Shown: piece after piece, positions 42,901 to 51,567 of the stretch
Numbering within the stretch: position 1 is the first letter of the stretch
Layout: each line of letters begins with the position of its first letter
IMG/VR virus record: IMGVR_UViG_3300017971_000276
Coordinates: 1 to 64,000 of that record
DNA length: 64,000 nucleotides
Reading direction: 5' to 3' (one strand)
From: a virus
Position numbers and translations under genes: made by a program
Notes under the pieces: model-generated
Databases searched by the model: none
Told to the model about the DNA's origin: nothing
What the model saw: the letters and a program-made list of their open reading frames with translations, nothing else

Positions 42901-45900
42901 ATAGATCAACCAGATATTGACCGTCAAAATAATACGGCTAGGGAATATTCAAAAGATAAAGACAGTGCCTCTTTAGTTGCTGATAGTGTTCAAGCATCTA
43001 GAACTCGTGAGCAAAATGGCATTTATGATAAGAATGGAGGGCCAAAAACAAATAAGTTTCATAAGCAAGTTTTTGACGAATGGCTTTCTAAAATGAATCT
43101 TATTGTGAATGAGTTTAAGACTCATTTAAATGATGGAGAAATAGTTGATAAATATTTCTCTGGTGTTTTAGATAATCTGACAGCAGTGATAGCTGGAGAT
43201 ATTTCTTCTTGTTATCTAGATATCGGATTGCCTAATGTTCCAGGAGCACCAGTTCCTTTGCCTCCAGAATTTTTCTTATATGATGATTCCCATGAAGATC
43301 CATTGGTTTCAAACATGACAGACGATAGCAATATGGAAAGGTTATTGAAACGACATGTCGAAACAGAGATGGCTTCAATCAAACATTATATAGATGAAAG
43401 TTTTCTTGGTGGTTCCTATTTGTCAAAGAACCTTCCGAGAATTCTAGAGCAGAGAGCCTCAGACCATGAACGTTTTGAAGGAGAGAGGAACTTTTCTACA
43501 TACTATAACTATTTTACTCATGGAGCTAAGTCTTGGGAGCCTATATATACTCGTAGGGACGAACAAGATCCTGCTATTAAAGGTGTTCGTCAGTGGCTAG
43601 ATTCCGTTGCGAGTCATTATGGCTCAGCCGATGACAAAGAACAAAGAATCAATTACCTGAAGAATATTATAGAGCTATCCCCTTATATCGCAAGCGGTAG
43701 GCATTGGGAGACTCCTCTAACTGAGCAAGACAATTCTGCTCTTGTAAGATCATTGTATAAAGATGCTGAAGACGTATTGGCCTTCGGGCCAAATCCGATT
43801 TATGGACATGTAGACGCAACAATGAGAGGACAGCTAGAAGATCCTGCAAACGAGCGCAGAGCCCAGGCAATTGAGAATAAAAAAGCTGTTGAAGCTATGA
43901 AGAAACCAATTCCTCCTCAATACAAGGCAGGGCTATTCCTTACTGGCAAACATGGTGAAGGGCCAAGAGAATCAATGGAGCTTCCAGGACGTACAGTCCT
44001 TGCAGATGGTGCAGTTACGTTTGGTCAAACAGAAGCAGAGAAGAAAGATAGCAAACCAAGTTTCTTTGATGAGCTTGTTCAAATGGGTAAAGATTTTGCA
44101 GATGCAGATTCTTCTGGTGCAGTTGGCGGGTTTGTGTTGAATGCACTGTCTGGCGGTAGTAGCCTTGGTGGCTCCTTGTCAGGATTGTACCAAGGCTCGA
44201 AGATTGTAGAGAAGGCAGCAGGAGCTATTGATGCATATGCATTAGATGCAGGAGCTGCTAAATATGATCATGCTTTCTCAAAGATGGCACAAGAAGATGA
44301 GATAAAACAAATTGCTCAAACGGCTAGCCGAACTGCTCTTGGACGTAGGCGAAATGATCTGTCTATGAGAAGAGCCTATCCTACTTTTAAAATATATTTT
44401 ATCGAAGATGATAGTGGAGAGACTGAATTAATTGATGACGGCATCCTGAGGGCTTTTGATGACTTCTATAGTTATTCTGCCATCCAAGAAATCAAAGTTA
44501 CTCGTTCTAGACATATTGCTGCAGACATGGCTGTCATTAGGATGACAAATATTGGAGGCCTCTTATTAAGAAAACGCTTTGGAGAGAATGATAAAGACTT
44601 AACGAAGTATGGTATCAATGCAGAGAAACAAGGAATCTTTGCAGATACAGAGCGAGAACATCCTTTTGAAAAGATGATTCTACAGGACGGTATTAAAGTT
44701 CAAATCCGTTTGGGTTATGCTGCTAACCCAGAACATCTTGAGACTGTTTTCCTTGGCCAAATTGTAGAGGTAGGGCTTGCTGAGAGAGGAAAGATAATTG
44801 AGATTGCTTGCCAGGGATATGGTGCAGAATTAGAATCTGTTGAACTTGGCCCCCTAGAGAATGGAAAGTATTTCTTGTCTTCTCAACAAGTGTTGTCTGG
44901 TGCGATCATACAAGATTCTATTGCTAATTTTGGAAGACAAGATAGATTCAATCGAGACAACCCTGCTGCTATGCGTCATTCTTGGACTGGAGGCCGAGCG
45001 ACCGGATTCTTTAGTGGGTTGAGTCCTTCTAATATTCATGAAGAGTGGTCGGACAGAGGTTTAGAAACTATTTTCAATAGATACCAGTTCTTAAACTACC
45101 AACAAGATGACAATATTTATGCTCCTCCTCCTGAGACTTATTCTACTAGCTGGACTAAATTTTGGAACAATGCTTGTATCTATCGCCCGCTAAAACAAAC
45201 TCCGTGGCAAATCTTCAAAGAACACGAGCTAAGACATCCTGGCTATATTTCTCTTGCTGTTCCTTATGGGCATTCTCCAAGAATGACAATGTTCTTTGGT
45301 AGTAAAATGCAACATTATTGGAGCAAGCCTCCTTCTTCATTAGAAATTGAATTAGCACGTGGAGCCAAGAACGATATTGTTCGGATGAGGAAACAAGGTC
45401 TTGAATTGTTTGAGAAAGGCATGGTTAAAGAACTTGTAAAATTTGTTGGCAAGTCTCCTAAATTAGGGGCAGCTATCTTTAACGATGTTATGACTATTGG
45501 TACTAGATATGATACCGGTTTCGCTATTGGCGAATTATTTGGTAGATATGTCCCGTTCCGTAATTATCATTATTTTGATAGCTATCATCATATCTTAAAA
45601 AACAATATCCGATCTTCAGTTGATGGTACATTTAATGAAGTTGAGATATATTACACAGAGGATGAGAATGATATCATAGACCCAGACAGAGACGATCTGG
45701 AAGAGAATGTCGCTTCTGTCGCTAGGGGATATGAAGGTTTGCTGGCAGTTAAACTAGATGAAAATATTCCAGAATCTGCTATTCGTTCTTTCCGTGGTGA
45801 ATATCCCTCTTGTGTTACTGTTGATATGGCACGAAGATATGCTCAAGGCATCTTTGGAAGAACATTAAGAGATGCTTACAAAGGGGAACTTTGTGTTATT

Positions 45901-46452
45901 GGAGACGAGAAGCTTAAGCCATATGACGTGTGTTATCTCAATGATGCTTCAATCAACATGACTGGTCCAATTGAAGTAGAATCTGTAACACATATCTTCA
46001 ACAGAGACAATGGTTTCGTTTCTATTATTACTCCAGATCTTTGTTTAGAAGTAAATGATTATTATACTTCTAGTGTCTTTGATGTAACTGCTTCTGCTAT
46101 GAACTTTACTTTTGCAGACTGGGTTACTGGTGCGAATATATTAAAAGGCGTTGGTTTTCTTGGGTTGCTTGCTGGTGTAAAATTTATGACATGGACACAA
46201 GATGGCGCTCCTGTTGTGGCAACGCCACTTACATTAGGCGGAAAGCCCTTTATAAGCAATTCTCTTGGTCCAAATAGAGTTTCATTGTTCTTCTCTCTAA
46301 TGGGCAAGTGGAATCAATATTGGGATGATCTTGGTGATGCATGGAGAAAATTTGATGTGTCTGAAGCTTTCTTCGAAAACAGAGTTAATCTAGTTAAGGG
46401 ATTCTATGAAGCCCTTGGTTCTGGTGCACAAGGAGGATTAGAGGAGGCGTAA
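39976..46452 (+). CDS. Baseplate hub / central tail protein with internal YcbK(DUF882)/M15 peptidase domain
   Basis: SYHxxGKAID...GFYPNS.FCHMD zinc peptidase motif. Hub-like IRLGY..N...L..VF.G.I.E and IGD..LKPYD...EV..VTH.F....GF.S. Confidence 0.75.
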   Translation: MTDSDTLKQFSDYRIGTRDREDYEEGFGLYDDWALGVSDPNLPDGTNSKELLEEAINSVTPQDVFTTSSFSTFPDSFLIVNDIYFTDVPTAAISIDSQTDVFVGETLRSPAPVIDSEGRQDFVLRLSLPFPPGEAQSIKLKRLVSQISKHPFLFIYNNNIKQKLDVPENESTVFVLEAATLRSTQETVGLIVLDMQLHYFNYKPFSKHYYFNTALPGYTEEPDQVSRHEDIEIDLTEFGGYEASEHTISKLADRTRNNIRQGIKNLTRTKRENVPVNMPSESDAWMYFANHLETQSEAITGIPSDYIGFTLREYMHFNPPDSKYADGESTLADLMNSRYEEVSPLYRADKWQEALAKKHDEETKYSVEGTTAQERRYQEEIDLSLEGDITAPVKFTNPRGQKLTIQLLDENGNVPTNARYELTKFADRRKLTKDEAVFLSPDLIRKLALVAKHFSGRTIEIISTQRDPGWVKKRIPRPSNWKPSYHIQGKAIDFRVRGIPNQSLYEYIKTLPNTGAGFYPNSVFCHMDARNSSFFWVDLSGKGENSNYALKTNNVRELNKYLNDHYRLAGDSVSSEIDSDIEEIESNLGTDKDREKQAKDIAQQKGNVADLIERQKELNKHKTEADYQKAQHRKEQKTEKNKNDRMAWIESIEKQHGVHYYYDDPKVRNVFYRDMGLNISSDPTVQRSGAALKNMVCSAISVSFGHRIAPIPLLSQSFYTYQFLGSGNKSGQIVLTFAGEEGKTSAQLVKRLIWKARDNARDFTSVIKSVGSIGLEHTAFGTGEQNTIMALANIDNIVVTDIKESNSPEGADKHQLVIEFIAQEFAEEKLEERFTTTLDTKKRIIRAILQHVKSRQPKNALSGAVQHRAGRSTDPLDLNAIFVSHDLVSANTSSEGKPYRLIGDTPLWVARLLVEAANICKEANDKMPPVNWQVSKGASATWQEVYKAWGAGSIMRGKTANIDSSERNATGIQAAIDQPDIDRQNNTAREYSKDKDSASLVADSVQASRTREQNGIYDKNGGPKTNKFHKQVFDEWLSKMNLIVNEFKTHLNDGEIVDKYFSGVLDNLTAVIAGDISSCYLDIGLPNVPGAPVPLPPEFFLYDDSHEDPLVSNMTDDSNMERLLKRHVETEMASIKHYIDESFLGGSYLSKNLPRILEQRASDHERFEGERNFSTYYNYFTHGAKSWEPIYTRRDEQDPAIKGVRQWLDSVASHYGSADDKEQRINYLKNIIELSPYIASGRHWETPLTEQDNSALVRSLYKDAEDVLAFGPNPIYGHVDATMRGQLEDPANERRAQAIENKKAVEAMKKPIPPQYKAGLFLTGKHGEGPRESMELPGRTVLADGAVTFGQTEAEKKDSKPSFFDELVQMGKDFADADSSGAVGGFVLNALSGGSSLGGSLSGLYQGSKIVEKAAGAIDAYALDAGAAKYDHAFSKMAQEDEIKQIAQTASRTALGRRRNDLSMRRAYPTFKIYFIEDDSGETELIDDGILRAFDDFYSYSAIQEIKVTRSRHIAADMAVIRMTNIGGLLLRKRFGENDKDLTKYGINAEKQGIFADTEREHPFEKMILQDGIKVQIRLGYAANPEHLETVFLGQIVEVGLAERGKIIEIACQGYGAELESVELGPLENGKYFLSSQQVLSGAIIQDSIANFGRQDRFNRDNPAAMRHSWTGGRATGFFSGLSPSNIHEEWSDRGLETIFNRYQFLNYQQDDNIYAPPPETYSTSWTKFWNNACIYRPLKQTPWQIFKEHELRHPGYISLAVPYGHSPRMTMFFGSKMQHYWSKPPSSLEIELARGAKNDIVRMRKQGLELFEKGMVKELVKFVGKSPKLGAAIFNDVMTIGTRYDTGFAIGELFGRYVPFRNYHYFDSYHHILKNNIRSSVDGTFNEVEIYYTEDENDIIDPDRDDLEENVASVARGYEGLLAVKLDENIPESAIRSFRGEYPSCVTVDMARRYAQGIFGRTLRDAYKGELCVIGDEKLKPYDVCYLNDASINMTGPIEVESVTHIFNRDNGFVSIITPDLCLEVNDYYTSSVFDVTASAMNFTFADWVTGANILKGVGFLGLLAGVKFMTWTQDGAPVVATPLTLGGKPFISNSLGPNRVSLFFSLMGKWNQYWDDLGDAWRKFDVSEAFFENRVNLVKGFYEALGSGAQGGLEEA

Positions 46453-46892
46453 TGGCTGAAAAATTTGCAGGACATAGTGTTTTTGGTAGCCGTCTTAATC
46501 AAATTGTCAGCAAGACTGATCACCTTGATGTGGGCAGATTTAAAACTGCTCGTGCTATCCTTAGAGAGTCCTACAATGGACTGTATGTTTTCCGTATGGA
46601 TCTCCTTAGTCCTGATGGGGAAGTCGTAAGAAGAACAGGTCCAATTCCAGTAATTGGTACAGAGGACCAGCTCGCTGCATCATACGGAAGTCCACAGAAT
46701 ATGGTTGGCCTTGAAGATGAAGTTTGGGAGGCTATTATTTTTTATCATGGGACTACAGTCAGTAACGGCATTGCTCTAATCACAAGAAGGCTACATCAGT
46801 TAGAAGGCGGAAGATTTGAAGCTACTACCATTGCTAATGAATTAGTTGCTCGTGGAGCTGCATATGCTCCTCCTGGTTCTGGTATGATGTAA
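46452..46892 (+). CDS. Baseplate-region protein (possible spike OB-fold part)
   Basis: Position after the hub gene. TAATG coupling. Confidence 0.45.
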   Translation: MAEKFAGHSVFGSRLNQIVSKTDHLDVGRFKTARAILRESYNGLYVFRMDLLSPDGEVVRRTGPIPVIGTEDQLAASYGSPQNMVGLEDEVWEAIIFYHGTTVSNGIALITRRLHQLEGGRFEATTIANELVARGAAYAPPGSGMM

Positions 46893-46901
46893 TGGTATAA
46901 T
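46893..46901 (+). promoter_or_regulatory. Putative extended -10 promoter (TGGTATAAT)
   Basis: TGnTATAAT in a short gap before AAGGAG and ATG 46921. Confidence 0.5.
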
Positions 46902-46920
46902 AAGCAAGAAGGAGTTTCTT

Positions 46921-47268
46921 ATGGCAGATCCAAAAATATTAAAAGTGAATCCATCCTCAAAAGCAGGGATCGTTGTTTCTGAGAATACGGTTAGGTCGAC
47001 TGTAAATGAAGACAATGGTATTATGATTGACGAGAGAGGGACAACAATCACAGGCCCAATGAGCATTGCCGCAAGTCCAAATCAAATTAGAGTAGGAGGC
47101 TTGTTCACTTTTCAAAATTCAATTTCTGGGATGCTGCCATCTACTATTGCGACTCCTTCGCCTATGTATATGGTAGACCCGCCAATTAAACAAGTCCAAA
47201 ATCTTGTGCAGCAAGTTGCTATTATGGGAGCAATGATTGGCGGAACAATTGCTATAGGAGCTGCATAA
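46921..47268 (+). CDS. Baseplate-region protein (possible spike beta-rich part)
   Basis: Short beta-rich ORF between hub and wedge genes. Confidence 0.45.
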   Translation: MADPKILKVNPSSKAGIVVSENTVRSTVNEDNGIMIDERGTTITGPMSIAASPNQIRVGGLFTFQNSISGMLPSTIATPSPMYMVDPPIKQVQNLVQQVAIMGAMIGGTIAIGAA

Positions 47269-47271
47269 TAA

Positions 47272-47712
47272 ATGGCTCAAATTTATGATAGAACAGATCT
47301 TACTTGGTCTCGCAGAGGAGATTTAGCTATCGGTCATAATGGAGACATTATGGATACTTATGAAGATCCTCTTCGTTCTTTGTATCAAGAGATTAGGACT
47401 AGAACGATGTCTGTTCTTGGAGACTGGAAGAACTACCCAGACTTGGGAGCCAACCTAGAAGATTTTGTTGGCGAACCAAATTCAAAACGCACAGCAGAAG
47501 CTATTAAAATTAGGATTGTTGCCTCTATTACCCGCAATGGGCTTGTTAATAATTCTGATCTTAATGTAAAATATACACCAATTGATATCGATAAGATTAT
47601 GTTTAGGATATCTGTAAAGGTTGCTCCTACCGCACAGAATGGCGGTAGCAATTATCTCGGAATAAACTTCTTATATGACTACTCCGAAAATCATGCATAC
47701 TTTGTTAGTTAG
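47272..47712 (+). CDS. Baseplate wedge / sheath initiator (gp25-like)
   Basis: GDL.I..NGDI, R..S..GDW..YP.LGA.L..FVGEP. Directly upstream of baseplate J. Confidence 0.8.
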   Translation: MAQIYDRTDLTWSRRGDLAIGHNGDIMDTYEDPLRSLYQEIRTRTMSVLGDWKNYPDLGANLEDFVGEPNSKRTAEAIKIRIVASITRNGLVNNSDLNVKYTPIDIDKIMFRISVKVAPTAQNGGSNYLGINFLYDYSENHAYFVS

Positions 47713-47720
47713 GAGTTAAT

Positions 47721-48980
47721 ATGGCCTTTTTTGAAAGAACACAAAGAGACATTGTATCTGATGCTCTTGAGAATTTAAGCAGGACTACAAATATTACTCA
47801 GCTTGCTCCGGGGGCAAAGGCAAGATTTATTTTAGATAGTGTCGCCCAAGAGCAAGCTAACCAACATCGTATATTTGACGTTAACCTAATGCAGGCTTTT
47901 ATTAAATATTCTGATGGCAAGTTTCTTGATTTCTTTGGGGATATGATGTCTCTTCCTCGCCGAGAGCCTACACATGCTGCTGACGATGGGGAGAACTTTA
48001 TGTTCTATGTTAGCACTGGAACTTTTGGTAGTATCAATGGAGGGGCAAACTTTACCATCCCTGCTGGCACAACTGTTCAAACTGTACCGTATGAGGGATC
48101 TGTAATCACTCCAGGTATTGAGAACCAGGCTGTTATACGTTACACAACTACATCACAAGCAGTTGCAGAAGCAGGACAGTCTTTTGTCTATGTACCAGTT
48201 CGTGCCATGCTTGAAGGAAGAAATTCTGATGTCCCTCGGAATGTCTTAAACAAGCACCAATTCCAAAGTTATTTATCTTCTCAAAATGAGAGTTTAAAAT
48301 GTACGAATCGCTATGCGATTTCAAATGGAGAGGATAGAGAGACTGACGACTCTTATCGATTCCGACTTTCAGAAGTTTTTGAAGCAAAAAATTTATCTGT
48401 ATATGCTGCTATTCGTCTTGCTGCTTTGAGCGTCCCTGGTGTCGCAGATATTACAAGCGTTTTAGCAGAGCAAGGTCCAGGTACATATTCTATTTACATC
48501 AAAGGACTTACCCCAACAACAAGCCCTAAGTTATTGAGCGAAGTAACTGCAGCCTGTCAGAGTGTTTCTTCTTTTGGTGTTAGGCCATTTGTTTTAGCTC
48601 CTTCTCCTATCGGACTAGAATTGGTTGCTGCTGTTACTTGGAATCCAAGAGCAACTACAGCACAGATAGCTGCTGGCTATAGAGACATGAGAAATGCTCT
48701 TGAGAACTATTTAAACAATACAGACATTGGTCAAGTGGTTTATTTTTCTGATATTGTTGATCTTTTGCTACAGGCTTCTCCCTATGCATTTAGCATTGGA
48801 GCAACAAACTCTAACCAGTTTGAAGAGGTTTATGCCTATAGAAGTGACCCTATTAAACAAGGGACAGTAAGAAATATTGTTGTAGGAGACAAGATTGAAC
48901 CATTATATAATGAAAGAGTCATCTTAGAAACCTCTGGCCGACATAGAGGTATCCAATTCATGACTAGGAGTCGAGTATAA
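47721..48980 (+). CDS. Baseplate J-like protein
   Basis: G.FLD.FG....L.R, IPAGT.V, G.D.ETDD.YR.R, AALSVPGV. Confidence 0.9.
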   Translation: MAFFERTQRDIVSDALENLSRTTNITQLAPGAKARFILDSVAQEQANQHRIFDVNLMQAFIKYSDGKFLDFFGDMMSLPRREPTHAADDGENFMFYVSTGTFGSINGGANFTIPAGTTVQTVPYEGSVITPGIENQAVIRYTTTSQAVAEAGQSFVYVPVRAMLEGRNSDVPRNVLNKHQFQSYLSSQNESLKCTNRYAISNGEDRETDDSYRFRLSEVFEAKNLSVYAAIRLAALSVPGVADITSVLAEQGPGTYSIYIKGLTPTTSPKLLSEVTAACQSVSSFGVRPFVLAPSPIGLELVAAVTWNPRATTAQIAAGYRDMRNALENYLNNTDIGQVVYFSDIVDLLLQASPYAFSIGATNSNQFEEVYAYRSDPIKQGTVRNIVVGDKIEPLYNERVILETSGRHRGIQFMTRSRV

Positions 48981-50617
48981 TGGCACTCGGAACGTATCCC
49001 AGTAGACGTTATTCTAAATCATGGATAACTCAAAGGATTGTCAATAGAGCACCCGAATGGGCACACATAAGGAAAAGCCCTGTCTCTGTTGGTCAACAAT
49101 TATTAAATCCTTTGTCTTTATATATTCAAGATACCATCCAACAATTAACCAAAGAACGTTTTAATATGTTTGCTTCTTCTGCGGATTTAAATGAAGTCGA
49201 TATCCTTTATCGTTTAGATTTGCCAGACGAAATGGAGTTTACTTCTAGTCAAGATTCTTCTGGTGTTGCTACTTATACTCCTCCACATGTATACGCCACA
49301 ATAAGCGGATCTGAATATGAGATCACTCAAGCAGAGTATAATAATATAGAGACATTAGCATATGACTGTATAGCTTCAAGAGTTGCTGATGGAGAAGTTT
49401 CTTATTCTTATTCAGAAGTAATCCCTCGTACTACTATTGAAAACCTTGCAAGTATTTCTCCTGGAACAATTGTTGTTAATGGGCATTTATATATTACTCT
49501 TGAAGACAATGAGACATGGGAAGAAAGATCTGCTGATCGTATCTATTATGTAAAATGTTATATTACTGGTGTAACTAGAAAAGGGACTGAAGTTACAGAA
49601 GCAGTGCCATTAAGATACAATGGGACTTTCAAAACAGTGAATGAGTGGCAAAGTGTTACATCTGTAATGGTTAGCTATGCTGATGCTGAAGCATATCTTA
49701 CAATAGAAACTTTTCCGTGGAATAGAGATGGTCATTTAGATTCCCAAAATATTCTAGTCCCTCCAACTGGAGGAGAGAGACCATTGTTTGTTGATCTTAG
49801 CTCTAGGTCTTGGGGCTCTACGTTAGTAGGAAAAGGCTTTACAGTTAGTGACTTTGACATTATTCGATCTGGAATAGAAGAGAAAGAAGTCTTTTATGAG
49901 ATTGAATTGCTTGACCAAAGTGGCTCAAACATCACTCTTAATGGATTCGTTCTAAAACCTAATAGCAGATTCATGTATGCGGTTGATGATAATAATTTAT
50001 ACATCTATGATACCTCTCTTGAATTTCCTGACACAAGAGGTTTAGAAGAAGATTCTCCAGAAACAAAAATTGACTTATGGTCAGACCGCTGGATTAACAT
50101 GAGAGGAGACACAGCAAAGTTAAGAACAAGGAATAATGCAGTGTTGGATCCTCCTTCTAGATTTAGATGGCACATGTTAGACCCAGATGGCAATGAATAT
50201 TATATAGACACTAATGGCGTTCTTTGGCCAACAACAACAGATGCCTGGATTGAGAATAGCAAATGGAACGATGGTCTATTTGATGAGCAAGAAATTTCTT
50301 TGTCTTTTACTAAAAACGGTGTTTATGTAATTACATTTGAGTCTCAATATTGGGATGATAAATTTTCTGTTTCTGCAACATATAAAACAAAATATTTGTT
50401 CTTTGTTCCTTCTATCAGACCAGAAGCACAGTTCTCATTGCCAATTGGACTTGTAGAGCCAGAAGAGATTGGGATTGATTCTGATTTGCGAGTCTGGCTA
50501 AAACGATATGGTTCTGTTCATTTATTGAATGTCTTCCATGATTATTTTTTGGTTGATTATCAAAACAAAAGAATTTGGTGCAAAGAGCAATATCCATCTA
50601 TACGGGTGACAACATAA
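48980..50617 (+). CDS. Baseplate wedge-region structural protein
   Basis: Follows baseplate J. Beta-rich composition. Confidence 0.55.
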   Translation: MALGTYPSRRYSKSWITQRIVNRAPEWAHIRKSPVSVGQQLLNPLSLYIQDTIQQLTKERFNMFASSADLNEVDILYRLDLPDEMEFTSSQDSSGVATYTPPHVYATISGSEYEITQAEYNNIETLAYDCIASRVADGEVSYSYSEVIPRTTIENLASISPGTIVVNGHLYITLEDNETWEERSADRIYYVKCYITGVTRKGTEVTEAVPLRYNGTFKTVNEWQSVTSVMVSYADAEAYLTIETFPWNRDGHLDSQNILVPPTGGERPLFVDLSSRSWGSTLVGKGFTVSDFDIIRSGIEEKEVFYEIELLDQSGSNITLNGFVLKPNSRFMYAVDDNNLYIYDTSLEFPDTRGLEEDSPETKIDLWSDRWINMRGDTAKLRTRNNAVLDPPSRFRWHMLDPDGNEYYIDTNGVLWPTTTDAWIENSKWNDGLFDEQEISLSFTKNGVYVITFESQYWDDKFSVSATYKTKYLFFVPSIRPEAQFSLPIGLVEPEEIGIDSDLRVWLKRYGSVHLLNVFHDYFLVDYQNKRIWCKEQYPSIRVTT

Positions 50618-51567
50618 TGGGCAACAATGTAAAATTTCAAGGATTCTCGTTTCTTATTGAAGTTCCTTCTGAATACACTGGGACTCCAGAGGCAAAGAAT
50701 ATTGTTAATCATTTTGATTTGACTTCTGATCTTGTTTCATTGAATAGGATAGAGGGAGAATCAAATATTGATTTTAAACAAAGAATTATGGATGTTGCTG
50801 TTCATCCAGGCGGGGGAACATATGATGGTGTTATAAATGGCATTACCCGTGCCCTCGGATATGCTCGTGAGAAAGCAATCAAGATAGAGTTAGCTCTTGA
50901 TAGCTCTGGCGACCCTATTGCTAGGAATCCTAGAGTAGAAATTTTATCTAATAAAGTTATCTTGTACAGCGATCATCGTCCAGACGGGACTCAAACAATA
51001 GACAAGACTATTCGTATTTACCAACCTGAAGACGCAGGATATTTTGTCGAAGATTTAGTATCCCAAATTAATTCTTCTCAATGTTTTACAGCAAGTGCCT
51101 ATAGCGGAATTCGTCCTAACATGCACTCTACTAATCTGGTAAGAGGAAATACAGATCTTTATATTCAAGGGGATCCTCTAATAACAGACACCCGTACCAT
51201 CTTGTCGGCTCAAAACATAGTAGAAGGAAGTTTCGTTTTTGATGAAGACGATCTTTTCCAAACAGAGGTAACGACAACACCAAGCGCAGAAGGGGAGTAT
51301 ATGATCGACAGGGTCAATGGGAAGTTCTATACTTACTCTATTCCTCAAGGAGATCTTGGAGTCTCTTATCATGCTGGTGTTTTTCCATTTGAAGTAGACT
51401 ATAGTCCTATAAAGATTTATACTCTTCAAGATGATGATTTCCAATATGAGCTCTTCGATCATGAAACTCTTGACTCAGGAGAGGAAGCAAATGCTCTTCC
51501 GAATCGAGAAGGTTCTGAAATCTACCACCAGCTGTTTGACGAAACAGAAGTATTCTGGGGCGAATAA
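50617..51567 (+). CDS. Baseplate wedge protein (tail P2-I-like N-terminal motif)
   Basis: D....LV.L.R..GESN..FK.RI...GT..G....I..ALG. Start at the TAATG overlap at 50617. Confidence 0.6.
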   Translation: MGNNVKFQGFSFLIEVPSEYTGTPEAKNIVNHFDLTSDLVSLNRIEGESNIDFKQRIMDVAVHPGGGTYDGVINGITRALGYAREKAIKIELALDSSGDPIARNPRVEILSNKVILYSDHRPDGTQTIDKTIRIYQPEDAGYFVEDLVSQINSSQCFTASAYSGIRPNMHSTNLVRGNTDLYIQGDPLITDTRTILSAQNIVEGSFVFDEDDLFQTEVTTTPSAEGEYMIDRVNGKFYTYSIPQGDLGVSYHAGVFPFEVDYSPIKIYTLQDDDFQYELFDHETLDSGEEANALPNREGSEIYHQLFDETEVFWGE

